Shown piece by piece: positions 26,701 to 34,128 of a stretch of DNA of 64,000 nucleotides (its first letter is position 1; every line of letters begins with the position of its first letter). The position numbers were made by a program, and so were the translations under genes. The stretch is from an uncultured bacterium (lineage in GTDB: Bacteria; Verrucomicrobiota; Kiritimatiellia; RFP12; UBA3636). The notes under the pieces were generated by a model. It did not search any database. It worked only from the letters and a program-made list of their open reading frames with translations, and was not told where the DNA came from. The stretch lies in contig CACWKU010000001.1 in assembly GCA_902761575.1 (NCBI GenBank), positions 22,435 through 86,434 on the forward strand, in the 5' to 3' direction.

Positions 26701-26947
26701 GGCGAAGCCGGTACTTCGGCTCGGGGTCGGCGCCGCCGGCGCGTCCTTCGGCGTCGGCGGCCGCGGAGACGAAGCGGCCCCCGAAGTACGGGCCCCGGAC
26801 GCTGCACGCCGGGTCGTTCGCGGCGTCGTAGAAGTGCGGCGTCACGTCGGGCCATTCGGGGGCGTCCAGTTTTCCCTCCCACGCCGGCCCGGCCATCGCC
26901 GCCGCCGCCGCGAAGACCGCCGCCATCGCCATTCTGTGAACGAACAT
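23786..26947 (-). CDS. Secreted putative TIM-barrel glycoside hydrolase (GH42/GH35-like organisation) with an N-terminal galactose-binding-like sandwich (1053 aa)
   Basis: Track ORF 23786..27076 trimmed to the ATG at 26947 (MFVHRMAMAAVFAAAAAMAGPA signal peptide). Segments are typical of GH-A-type barrels plus a GH42-like trimerisation/GATase-like domain (..YRLYVFLNQLTFDDSVREAVERIRARGATILWLYAPGW..). Family assignment is unverified. Confidence 0.75.
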   Translation of the reverse strand: MFVHRMAMAAVFAAAAAMAGPAWEGKLDAPEWPDVTPHFYDAANDPACSVRGPYFGGRFVSAAADAEGRAGGADPEPKYRLRRRFALKAAPADAWLQGVGDTMATFSLNGSVAMRSAYDRSAADGVPASANVRSLLREGENVLDVEYTINARMEYGVRRPYPGGVLAELFVAYADGTTERIDTDDSFESSVDGRAWTGVVCSDPPPAPPRCTRLVYRDFARPQRFLGGGPESPRVRAGETATLRYEFEGTPPEGDFEADLALRRNDATWWDETLSLGSSNVVRLADGRWRLEIPFETPLYCHSGEYEIRLSSSGVCCDGGGWPGGRLRISARKASEIPGFDRPVRAEVKPVSGVPTVHLDDKPFPLLWGGVQYLRRPDRLPRHSDMPLTAVTVYNNCVDWHPRLGTYDFSSFDRIAEKYRRANPDAYFVWDLSVYPPADFAQKYPQEMSADETGDIVPASRFSWSYASRLGLDEIKEMTERAIRRLESSPYANRIIGYRVNSGVTVEWLGWDAKPGHVRDFSDVNKKAFAAFAAERYPGLADPHVPDLAERQALDSPLDVLWDGERHRNAIAYMDYNSWIIAKDALEACGHAKDVLRSLGRTKLVGTYYGYTFYLNANGFDQWRGHFALKTLLDGNDGRIDFLLSPQSYGERRIGDACGDMKPSATLNAAGILAVNEDDTRTHNRIRPNFYGFKQTLTPEQTAAVLLRDAAATMCRGGWPYFYALATGVDCDSPECAKVGRDVLDAMRFCLGRRVGRHAEVALVASERSIVATPSLNRRPFARTGRWTQEYAPDGTVKRAEERLAVYNGEIFGALHTKFARSGTPVDFLLAEDLGRYAGDYRLYVFLNQLTFDDSVREAVERIRARGATILWLYAPGWSRGNSLADMKALTGIGFERIAEPTVAGVKMESDGRWMGMPDAQVAQAFAPVAADEVLGVYANGKPGLTVSTVDGSPSYFSGAWQLDIPFIRSLAAKAGVHVWCDSDDPIEANDALFTLHARTAGAKTVRLPRRTTVVDLVGRRVVARDTDVFSFDAALHSTHLFYYGDDAEEFLR

Positions 26948-27035
26948 GACTTGACTTCTCCTTCTCGCCGCCGTTCGGGCGTCGCACGGACGGTCTCGCG
27001 GAACGGTCGCCCCCGCCCGCGCGCCACGAACCAGA

Positions 27036-27091
27036 ATGATAGAGGATTCCGGACGGCGGGACAAGGGATGAATCACGCAGATTCAAGTAAA
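27036..27091 (-). promoter_or_regulatory. Tripartite upstream cassette copy 6 (putative promoter of 23786..26947 and 21948..23765)
   Basis: TTTACT (27091-27086), N18, CCCTTG (27067-27062), N20, TATCAT (27041-27036). Confidence 0.55.
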
Positions 27092-27105
27092 ACCGCGAGA
27101 CATCT

Positions 27106-27142
27106 CCCTCGCGTGTCGTGGTGGCACCCCGCCACGCGAGGG
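27106..27142 (-). terminator. Hairpin after the stop of the giant gene; its loop carries a degenerate half of the palindrome
   Basis: CCCTCGCGTG-N17-CACGCGAGGG (10-bp stem). The loop and right arm contain GCACCCCGCCAC (27125-27136). It lies between the stop at 27174 and cassette copy 6. Confidence 0.4.
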
Positions 27143-27173
27143 AGGCGCGCGGCTCGCTTCGTCGGTCGCGCGG

Positions 27174-30100
27174 CTATTCCGGCATGCGCACCCAGACCCG
27201 GAAGAAGCGGCTGTCGGCGTTCGGCGCGGTCCAGACCTCGTTCGTGAGGAAGGGCTTGCCCTCTATGGTGTAGACGCGCTTGGCGCCGAGGTCCGGATGC
27301 CAGGAGATCTCCGGCTCGTCGCCGGGCACGAGGATGTCCGCGAGGAAGCGCGAGAGCGCATCGAGCGGGTTCAGGCCCGCGACGAACTCCTCCCAGAGCG
27401 TGTCGCCCTTGCCCGACGGCAGCGGCTTCAGCGCCTCGTAGCCGCTGGTCGACCCGATGCCGTGGAAGTCGATCCACGCCTCCCATTCGCCCTTCGTCGC
27501 CTCCGGAATCCACTGCACGCAGTCGAGGAAGCCGCGGTCTTCGCCGTCGGCCATTCCGGAGTCCTTCGCGTAGGTCCAGCGCAGCGTGTGCGCCCCCTCC
27601 CCCTCGACGGCGAACGACGCCCGCTCCCACTTCGTCCGCCCGTCGAGACGCGCCTTCTCGACGCCGTCGACGAGAAACGCAAGGTGGTCCCAGTCGCGAT
27701 AGCCGCTGTCGTCGCGCTCGCACGAGGCGCGCCAGCGGAAATCGATCTGTCCCGGTCCTTCGACCGTCGTCTCGATCCAGCTTTCGCCGTTGTCGCCGGG
27801 CGACGCGGAGGTCGCGCGGTGGACGCCGTCCGCCGAGTCCTCGGTCGCCTCGGGAACCCACGGATCGTCGTCCCCGGTCGTGAAGGCGAGCTGCGGCATG
27901 TTGACCGCCGTCGCGAGCCCGAGCGTCGAGCCGAGCGCCGGAACGCCCGCCCCCGAACGGCCCGCGAGGTTCTCCGAGACAACGAAGTAGTAGTAGGTCT
28001 TCCCGGGCTCGACCGTCACGTCGGTCCACGAAAGGCCCTCCGTCGTCCCGAGCTCCTCCGCCGCCGCGAGGTCGGGCGACGTCCCGCGGCAGACGCGGTA
28101 GGAGTCCGCCGTCTCCACGGCGTCCCACGAGAGCGCGATGCCCGCGCCTTCCTGCGCCGCCGCGAGGCCGTCCGGCGCCTGCGCCACGTAGACATGGACG
28201 ATCGTCGCGGTCGCGACCTCGCTCGCCCAATCGCCGCGCACCACGGCGATCGCCTTCACCGTCGTCGTCTCAAGGATCGAAAACTTGACGGAAGTCGCGC
28301 TGTTCGTCGCCGGGTCGGAACCGTCCACCGTGTGGTAGATCTTCGCGTCCGGATCGGTGCACGTGAGCATCACCGACTGCGAGTTCTTGTTCGCGAACTG
28401 CGTTCCGTCCGGCGGATCGATGACGGGCGTCGCCGGTACGCCGTATTCGTAGCAGCCCATGTCCACCGCCGCGTGCGCGACGCGCGGATTGCCGGCGAGG
28501 TCCGTCTTCCCCGCCGCCCACGACGTGTCGCCCGCGTCGACGCACGGCGCCACCGCGCGCACGCGGTAGTCGCCGTTCGCCGCGTCGAAGAAGAGGTCCG
28601 CCGCCGACGCGACGATATTGCTAGTCCCGACGGTTTCCGTGTCGAGGCAGGAATAGTCGACGTTGCACGTCGCGGCATGGACTTCGGTTCCGACCGGTAC
28701 ATTCTCGACGAAATTGCCGACAATGACGCAGTTTGTCGCGACGCATTTTCCGATGGCGCATGCCCCCAGACTAATGGCGTTCGTATTCGCGGCAACGGTG
28801 CAGTTCGCAAGCGAACATTTGTAGGCGGCACTGGGTGCACAACCGCTGTGATCGTCGTTCCAGACGACATTGCCGGCAATCAGGCAGTTCTCCATGTCGG
28901 CTTCGTACGCCGCGCCCCATTTCCGGCTGACATTACCGGTCAAAATGCAGTTCTTCAATGTCGCAGTCAGAACGGCCGACCCCCCACCCGAACAGTATCC
29001 ATTACGGAACATGAATCCTTCCATTGTCACGAGCCCGCGGAGGGTTTCGTAGTAATAGGCGCTCGGATCCGTCGGCTGATACGCCGCCATCTGGATACAG
29101 CGCCGGAGCCCTTGACCGTCGATGATCGTCGTCGCGGGACCGTTTGCGCTTCGAATGCGCAGGTGTGCGCTTTTCCAGTTCACGATGGAACTGGAAGCCT
29201 GCGCATCGCCCGTATAGACGCCGTCCGCCACGACGATTTCGTCGCCGTCCGCCGCCCAGTCGATGGCATTCTGGATGGTCGCCTTCGCCGTTTCCCAGGA
29301 GAGGCCGTCGTTCGCATCGTCGCCCGTCGCCTGCGCGACGTATTGCGTCGCCGCCGCGTAGTGGGTGGCCCATTCGTAGCAACCCATGTCGGTCCCGACG
29401 CCGATCCACCGCGAGTGGCCATCGAGGTCGGTTCCAAGCTTGGCCTCGGTTGTCAGTCCGCCCGCGTCGATGCACGGCGAGCCCGCCGTGAGCCGGTAGT
29501 CGCCGTTCGCCGCGTCGACGAAGAGCGGATCGGCGTCGATGTTGCCCGAGCCGGAGACGGCCGAACCGAAGCAGGAATAGGTCGCGGTGGAATTGTAGAT
29601 ATCGTTTGCGGCTCCGCTCGTGTAGGCGTTTCCGTAGACGATGCAGGATTCGAGCGTGCAGAAGTCGCAACCGCCGCCGCCGGGCTTGCTGGAAGAACCG
29701 TAGACGGCCCGGTTGTCCACAATCGTGCACCGGACCGCATCGCAGCTGCCAAGTCCGCCGCCCGTCGTGGCGGCGACGATGTTGTTCGCCAGATTGTCCG
29801 CAATCAAGCAATCTTCCAGCCGGGAATTCATGGCGCCGCCCCCGCCGGCGGACGAAACGTTGTTGGAAACGATGCATCGAAAGGCAATGCTGCATTGAAG
29901 TCCCCCGCCGTAGCCGCGGAACGAAGGGTCGTCGTCTTTCCCGGCGTAGTTCCCCGTCACGATGCACGCTTCCAGAATTCCGCCGCGAACGCCGGCTCCG
30001 TGGTCGTTCCGGCCGTTCCGCAACGTAAAGCCGACAAGCGTCGTTTTCACGGCATCGGTCCTTTCGGCACCTAGCGTCGCGCAGCGGTTCGTGCCGCCGC

Positions 30101-33100
30101 CGTCGACGATGGTCTTCTCCGCGCCTTCGACGCTGCGGATGACGATGTCCTTGTTCCTTGCGACGAACGGTTCGTAGACGCCGTTCGTGACGAGGACCGT
30201 GTTGCCCGCGACGGTGCGGTCCGCCGCGTTCTGGATCGTCCGCAGCGCGTCGTCCCACGAACGCCCCGTGTTCTCGTCATCGCCGCGTTCCGCGTCGACG
30301 TACCAGACCGTTTCCGCGGGTTCCGGATCTTCGCAGACAAGACGGAAGCCGACGTCGCTGTATTTGGTAGAAGCGCCGTCTTGGATGCGAAAGGCCGAAC
30401 GGCAACGATTGGCCGCGAACTTCCATCCGCCGCCGCGCCTCGAACGATGCGTTCCGGAACCGGCCCCCGCGGGATTGACCGCGGGTCCGCCGTCCAATTC
30501 GGCATACCAGTCGAGGCACCATTCGTAAACGTTGCCGTGCATGTCGAAAAGGCCCCATCGGTTCGGAAGATAGGACCCGACCGCTGCATGGTGGTCGTTC
30601 CCCCGGTTGTCGACGTATCGTCCGAGTTCCGCCAGATTGGCGCTGTAGCCCTCCGCTGATTCCAGATTCTTTCCAGAGTTCAAGGAGGATTCTGTCCCCG
30701 CGCGGCAGGCATATTCCCACTGCGCTTCGGTCGGGAGGTCGAAGCCGTCCAGGCCCGTCTTCGCGCGGAGGACGCCGAGGAAGCTCGAAGCGTCCACGGC
30801 GCTGCTCGCCGGGAAGTTCGTTCCCGCGTCGTCGCCGCGGATCATGTCGTAGGAAACCGTCTCGATCGGGTGGGTTCCTCCGAGATTCTGCGCCACGTTC
30901 GTTCCCATCACGAGTTCCCATTGCTTCTGCGTCACCTCGAAAACGCCGGCGTAGAAGCCGCGCGAGAGCGTGACGCGGTGGAGCGTCTCGTTGTCCTGAC
31001 GGCCTAGCTCGTCCTCCGGGCTGCCCATCCAGAACGAGCCCTCCGGCACATTGCGGAGGACGAGTTTCGTCGTCTTGTATTCCTCGGTCCAGCCGCCCGC
31101 GGGAACGTCGGAGAGGTAGGAGACCGGATAGGAGGTCGCGTTCGTTCCACCCGAGAGGTCGACGACGAGGAAGCGGGTCTCGTCGACCGGATCGATGCCG
31201 AACGGATAGACGAACGTGCCCTCGTAGTTGTTCTTGCCGGTCACGCGGACGCCCGCCGTGCCGACGTCCACGTTGTCGACGTATTCGACGTCGTAGTTCT
31301 CCGCGCCGAGGATGTCCGGCCAGCCGTCGCGGATGTGGACCTCGGGCGTCTTCGGCGTTCCGTCCCACACCTGGTCCGGAACGACGCACATCATCGAGGG
31401 GTCGATCCGCTTCTTCCGGACGGTGAGCGTCGCGGCGTTCGTGACGGCGGGATAGCCCGGCGCCGTCGCGACGACCCAGACCGGATGCTCGCCCGCGTCC
31501 GTGAACGACGGCGCCTCCGCCGTGAACGGGCCTTCCGCGGAAAGACCGTAGAGAATCGTCGCCTCCGCGCCGGGGAAGTCCGCCGTCACGGAGAGCGCGT
31601 TCGGGCCGCCGTTGTAGACGACATCCGTCCCCTCGACCTTGAGCCACGACTCCGGTCCCGCCTCGTAGGCGCCGATGTCCACGTGCGCGCCCTGCACGCG
31701 CGCGTTGCCCCAGAGGTCGGAGTCGCTCACCGCGTTCGCGTCGCTTCCCGCGTCGATGCAGGGCGACGAACCGAGCAGGCGGAAGTCGCCGGCAGCCTCG
31801 TCCGCGAACTTCGGGAACGCGACGATGTTCCCTTCGCCCTCCTTCAGCGACGTGAGGCAGCAGTGGTCGAGCGTGCACGCCGCCACGTCCGCTGCGATGC
31901 CGCCCACCGTGTTCCCCGTCACGATGCAGTTGTAGACCTTGCAGTCGTAGAGCCCTCCGGCGGGAGCCCCGGCAACGGCCTCGTTCCCGATGACCGTGCA
32001 GTTATAGAGGTCGCACTGGTAGGCACCTCCCGCGGCGGCGGTTCCGTCGGACGACAAAGACGCGTTTCCGAGAATCAGGCAGTTTACGAGTTTACAGCCG
32101 CCCGCGCCGCCGACCGTTTTCTCCGCATTCAGGCATTTCGTGGTCGTGCAATCCTGGATGACGCAGTTTTCCACGATACCGTGCGAAACTCCTCCTAGGT
32201 TCGTGAACAAGCCGTTTGTAATCGTAAAACCGACGAGCGTCGCAACGCGATCCGCCGTCCTTCCGTCGAGAGAAGCCGAAAGTTTTGCGCAACGGTATTT
32301 GCCTTCTCCGTCGAGAATCGTCTTTTCCGGTCCGTTCACACTTTTGATCAGGAGCTTGCCGCTGGTAGCATGGCAGTCGAGAACCATGTTTCCCGAGACC
32401 CTTTTGTATGTTCCGTCGTTCACGAGAACCGTGTCCCCGTCGATCGCCTCGTCCACCGTGGATTGGATGGACTTCTTCGCCGCGCTCCAGGAGAGACCGT
32501 CGTTCGAGTCGTTTCCGGAGGCGGCGTCCACGTGCCACGTCACGGGTTCACGGTATTCGTAGCAGCCGGCGTCCACGATTCCGTTCACGATGCGCCGACT
32601 TCCGCGAAGATCGTAATTCGTCGGAACCAATTCGTTCGTACCCGCGTCGACGCACGGCGATTCCGGGCGGAGACGGTAGACGCCGGCCGCGGCGTCGACG
32701 AACGGCGATTCGGAAAGGACGCCGTTGTTCGAGCCAGGAAGAACAACTTCGGCAAACGAGTTTGTGGCGGAAAAACTGGAGGAAACAAGCGATGCGGATC
32801 CTGTTTCGTTGCCGAACACGACGCAGTTGGCCAGGACGGAATCCGAAAACACGGCGCCAGATCCGTCAAAACCGCCATTGTTCGAAAACGTGCAATTGAA
32901 AGCGGTCGAATTCCGGACGAGGCATTGCAAAGCCCTGTTTCCGACGACCAGGCAATTGTCCATTCGGACTGTGTGGAGGACGACTTTGGAGTTCAAAGAC
33001 GTTCCCTTCACAATGCACTTCCTCAGTTTGGTCCAAGCTACTCCTCCGGTGTCTTGATGCAATCCGTTCTGCAACGTGAATCCGTCGAAAAGCAGGCAAT

Positions 33101-33467
33101 GGTCCATCCAGTCATTTTGATGGGCCGTGTTCGTTCCCTTGGCGACGCGGCGCTGACCATCGGCGTCGATGATCGTGACGAGAGGGCCGTCCGTGCTGCG
33201 GACCGTAGCAGAACGCCCATTGGAATTATAGACGGCACCAACGGAGTCCGCCGTCTCCTTGTAGGTTCCCGGGCCGACGAGGATCAAGTCGCCGTCGGAG
33301 CAGGAAGTCACCGCCTTTTGGATCGTTTTGAAGGGCTTTGCGGAAGTGCCTTCGTTCGAGTCGGAACCCGAAGAGGCGGAAACGTACCAGTTCTTCGCGA
33401 ACCCGGAGGGCGCGAAACCGGCGAGAAGAAGAAGGAACGAGACTGCGGGGAGGCGCGAGCGGAGCAT
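27174..33467 (-). CDS. Giant secreted protein (2097 aa): several parallel beta-helix units, an embedded FGE-sulfatase (SUMF1-type) domain, a chitobiase-C-like domain, an FN3-like domain, and a C-terminal 'FFR' tail
   Basis: Track ORF. Signal peptide MLRSRLPAVSFLLLLAGFAPSGFA. Beta-helix units each end ..SPC(I/V)DAG..D(A/I/M)G(C/A)YE(Y/A/W). FGE-sulfatase motifs: HRVTLSRGFYAGVFEVTQKQW, WEYACRAG, DMHGNVYEWCLDWY, RGGGW. The tail is ..WEEFVAGLNPLDALSRF..RFFRVWVRMPE. The 5' third (about 32000-33400) is visibly less GC-rich. Confidence 0.9.
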   Translation of the reverse strand: MLRSRLPAVSFLLLLAGFAPSGFAKNWYVSASSGSDSNEGTSAKPFKTIQKAVTSCSDGDLILVGPGTYKETADSVGAVYNSNGRSATVRSTDGPLVTIIDADGQRRVAKGTNTAHQNDWMDHCLLFDGFTLQNGLHQDTGGVAWTKLRKCIVKGTSLNSKVVLHTVRMDNCLVVGNRALQCLVRNSTAFNCTFSNNGGFDGSGAVFSDSVLANCVVFGNETGSASLVSSSFSATNSFAEVVLPGSNNGVLSESPFVDAAAGVYRLRPESPCVDAGTNELVPTNYDLRGSRRIVNGIVDAGCYEYREPVTWHVDAASGNDSNDGLSWSAAKKSIQSTVDEAIDGDTVLVNDGTYKRVSGNMVLDCHATSGKLLIKSVNGPEKTILDGEGKYRCAKLSASLDGRTADRVATLVGFTITNGLFTNLGGVSHGIVENCVIQDCTTTKCLNAEKTVGGAGGCKLVNCLILGNASLSSDGTAAAGGAYQCDLYNCTVIGNEAVAGAPAGGLYDCKVYNCIVTGNTVGGIAADVAACTLDHCCLTSLKEGEGNIVAFPKFADEAAGDFRLLGSSPCIDAGSDANAVSDSDLWGNARVQGAHVDIGAYEAGPESWLKVEGTDVVYNGGPNALSVTADFPGAEATILYGLSAEGPFTAEAPSFTDAGEHPVWVVATAPGYPAVTNAATLTVRKKRIDPSMMCVVPDQVWDGTPKTPEVHIRDGWPDILGAENYDVEYVDNVDVGTAGVRVTGKNNYEGTFVYPFGIDPVDETRFLVVDLSGGTNATSYPVSYLSDVPAGGWTEEYKTTKLVLRNVPEGSFWMGSPEDELGRQDNETLHRVTLSRGFYAGVFEVTQKQWELVMGTNVAQNLGGTHPIETVSYDMIRGDDAGTNFPASSAVDASSFLGVLRAKTGLDGFDLPTEAQWEYACRAGTESSLNSGKNLESAEGYSANLAELGRYVDNRGNDHHAAVGSYLPNRWGLFDMHGNVYEWCLDWYAELDGGPAVNPAGAGSGTHRSRRGGGWKFAANRCRSAFRIQDGASTKYSDVGFRLVCEDPEPAETVWYVDAERGDDENTGRSWDDALRTIQNAADRTVAGNTVLVTNGVYEPFVARNKDIVIRSVEGAEKTIVDGGGTNRCATLGAERTDAVKTTLVGFTLRNGRNDHGAGVRGGILEACIVTGNYAGKDDDPSFRGYGGGLQCSIAFRCIVSNNVSSAGGGGAMNSRLEDCLIADNLANNIVAATTGGGLGSCDAVRCTIVDNRAVYGSSSKPGGGGCDFCTLESCIVYGNAYTSGAANDIYNSTATYSCFGSAVSGSGNIDADPLFVDAANGDYRLTAGSPCIDAGGLTTEAKLGTDLDGHSRWIGVGTDMGCYEWATHYAAATQYVAQATGDDANDGLSWETAKATIQNAIDWAADGDEIVVADGVYTGDAQASSSIVNWKSAHLRIRSANGPATTIIDGQGLRRCIQMAAYQPTDPSAYYYETLRGLVTMEGFMFRNGYCSGGGSAVLTATLKNCILTGNVSRKWGAAYEADMENCLIAGNVVWNDDHSGCAPSAAYKCSLANCTVAANTNAISLGACAIGKCVATNCVIVGNFVENVPVGTEVHAATCNVDYSCLDTETVGTSNIVASAADLFFDAANGDYRVRAVAPCVDAGDTSWAAGKTDLAGNPRVAHAAVDMGCYEYGVPATPVIDPPDGTQFANKNSQSVMLTCTDPDAKIYHTVDGSDPATNSATSVKFSILETTTVKAIAVVRGDWASEVATATIVHVYVAQAPDGLAAAQEGAGIALSWDAVETADSYRVCRGTSPDLAAAEELGTTEGLSWTDVTVEPGKTYYYFVVSENLAGRSGAGVPALGSTLGLATAVNMPQLAFTTGDDDPWVPEATEDSADGVHRATSASPGDNGESWIETTVEGPGQIDFRWRASCERDDSGYRDWDHLAFLVDGVEKARLDGRTKWERASFAVEGEGAHTLRWTYAKDSGMADGEDRGFLDCVQWIPEATKGEWEAWIDFHGIGSTSGYEALKPLPSGKGDTLWEEFVAGLNPLDALSRFLADILVPGDEPEISWHPDLGAKRVYTIEGKPFLTNEVWTAPNADSRFFRVWVRMPE

Positions 33468-33603
33468 GGCGGAATCCTTGCCCCGGGGTGTAGAGCCGAA
33501 GGCGGGTTCGGGGCGAAAGAGCCTACCTTCGGTGTCTGCCGTCCGTATGAAACGGCAGGTGCCGAGGCGGGGATGTTTGCCCCGTCACGGCGCGACGGGG
33601 CGT

Positions 33604-33632
33604 AGGATACCAGAACCGCCCCATGAATACAA
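33604..33632 (-). promoter_or_regulatory. Sigma70-like promoter for the giant gene 27174..33467
   Basis: Sense strand: TTGTAT (33632-33627), 17 nt, TATCCT (33609-33604). Predicts a ~130-nt structured leader. Confidence 0.35.
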
Positions 33633-33681
33633 GCGCAGTTTGCGGCAAAGCGGGCGCGCGCGAAGGTCCTGGCGGAGCCCG

Positions 33682-33990
33682 CTAGTCCGCGAGCCATTCA
33701 TGGGCCGGGACGACGCGGATGGCTCGGCCGTCCTCGCGGGCGAAGTCGCGCTGCCTCAGCGTGACGATCGTCCCTTCGCGCAGGCCGAACTGCCGCAGGG
33801 CGCCGAGAATCCCGGCCAGTTCGCGCTCGCGGTTCTCGGACACAAGCTCGTAGCAGACCTGCTCCGCGGAGAACGCGCCGGAGGCGTCGGCGAAGACGAA
33901 GTCGCACTCGGAGGCGTCGTCCGCCCAGTAGAAGCGCCGCGCGCTCCGGCGGCGGATCCGCGCCCAGGCGCAACGGAGACGACCATTATT
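33682..33990 (-). pseudogene. Remnant (C-terminal ~100 codons) of a DUF4143-type AAA+ ATPase gene
   Basis: Frame open from the TAA at 33993-33991 to the TAG at 33684-33682, with no Met. Hand translation: ..RRFYWADDASECDFVFADASG..QVCYELVSENRERELAGILGALRQFGLREGTIVTLRQRDFAREDGRAIRVVPAHEWLAD*. This matches the usual C-terminal style of AAA_14/DUF4143 proteins (YWR..E(V/C)DFV .. I.V(I/V)P...WL). It is preceded by an AT-rich patch at 33985-34040. Track ORF 33698..33973 is a different, nonsense frame. Confidence 0.55.
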
Positions 33991-34096
33991 TTACCACGAT
34001 TGCAATATTTTTTTTCTATTGTTGAAATATCTGCCGCGCGTCCAGTTGCTTTCCGAATCAAGGGCGAATCGGACGCGAAGGGCGCGAGGGCGCGTC

Positions 34097-34121
34097 GTGG
34101 CGGGGTGCGACACCCCGCCAC
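34097..34121 (-). terminator. GC palindrome hairpin 8 nt after the stop of the GH36-like gene (REP-like element copy; possible terminator or mRNA stabiliser)
   Basis: GTGGCGGGGTG-cga-CACCCCGCCAC (11-bp stem). No U tract follows. Confidence 0.4.
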
Positions 34122-34128
34122 GGCATCC

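Noticed and set aside
33698-33973. Track ORF 33698..33973 (-), 91 aa, and 33756..34574 (-), 272 aa, as genes in the gap between the giant gene and the GH36-like gene
   Set aside because: Both translate to R/P/G-rich nonsense. A different frame without any Met gives a convincing DUF4143 C-terminal sequence, so the region is better explained as a gene remnant.
33985-34045. Plus-strand ATTTTACC ... TTCTAT resembling the tripartite cassette in the opposite orientation
   Set aside because: No TAnnAT occurs at the required 20-21 nt, and no plus-strand gene lies downstream. The similarity is probably a by-product of the AT-rich patch. The minus-strand reading TGGTAAAAT could be a residual promoter of the gene remnant.
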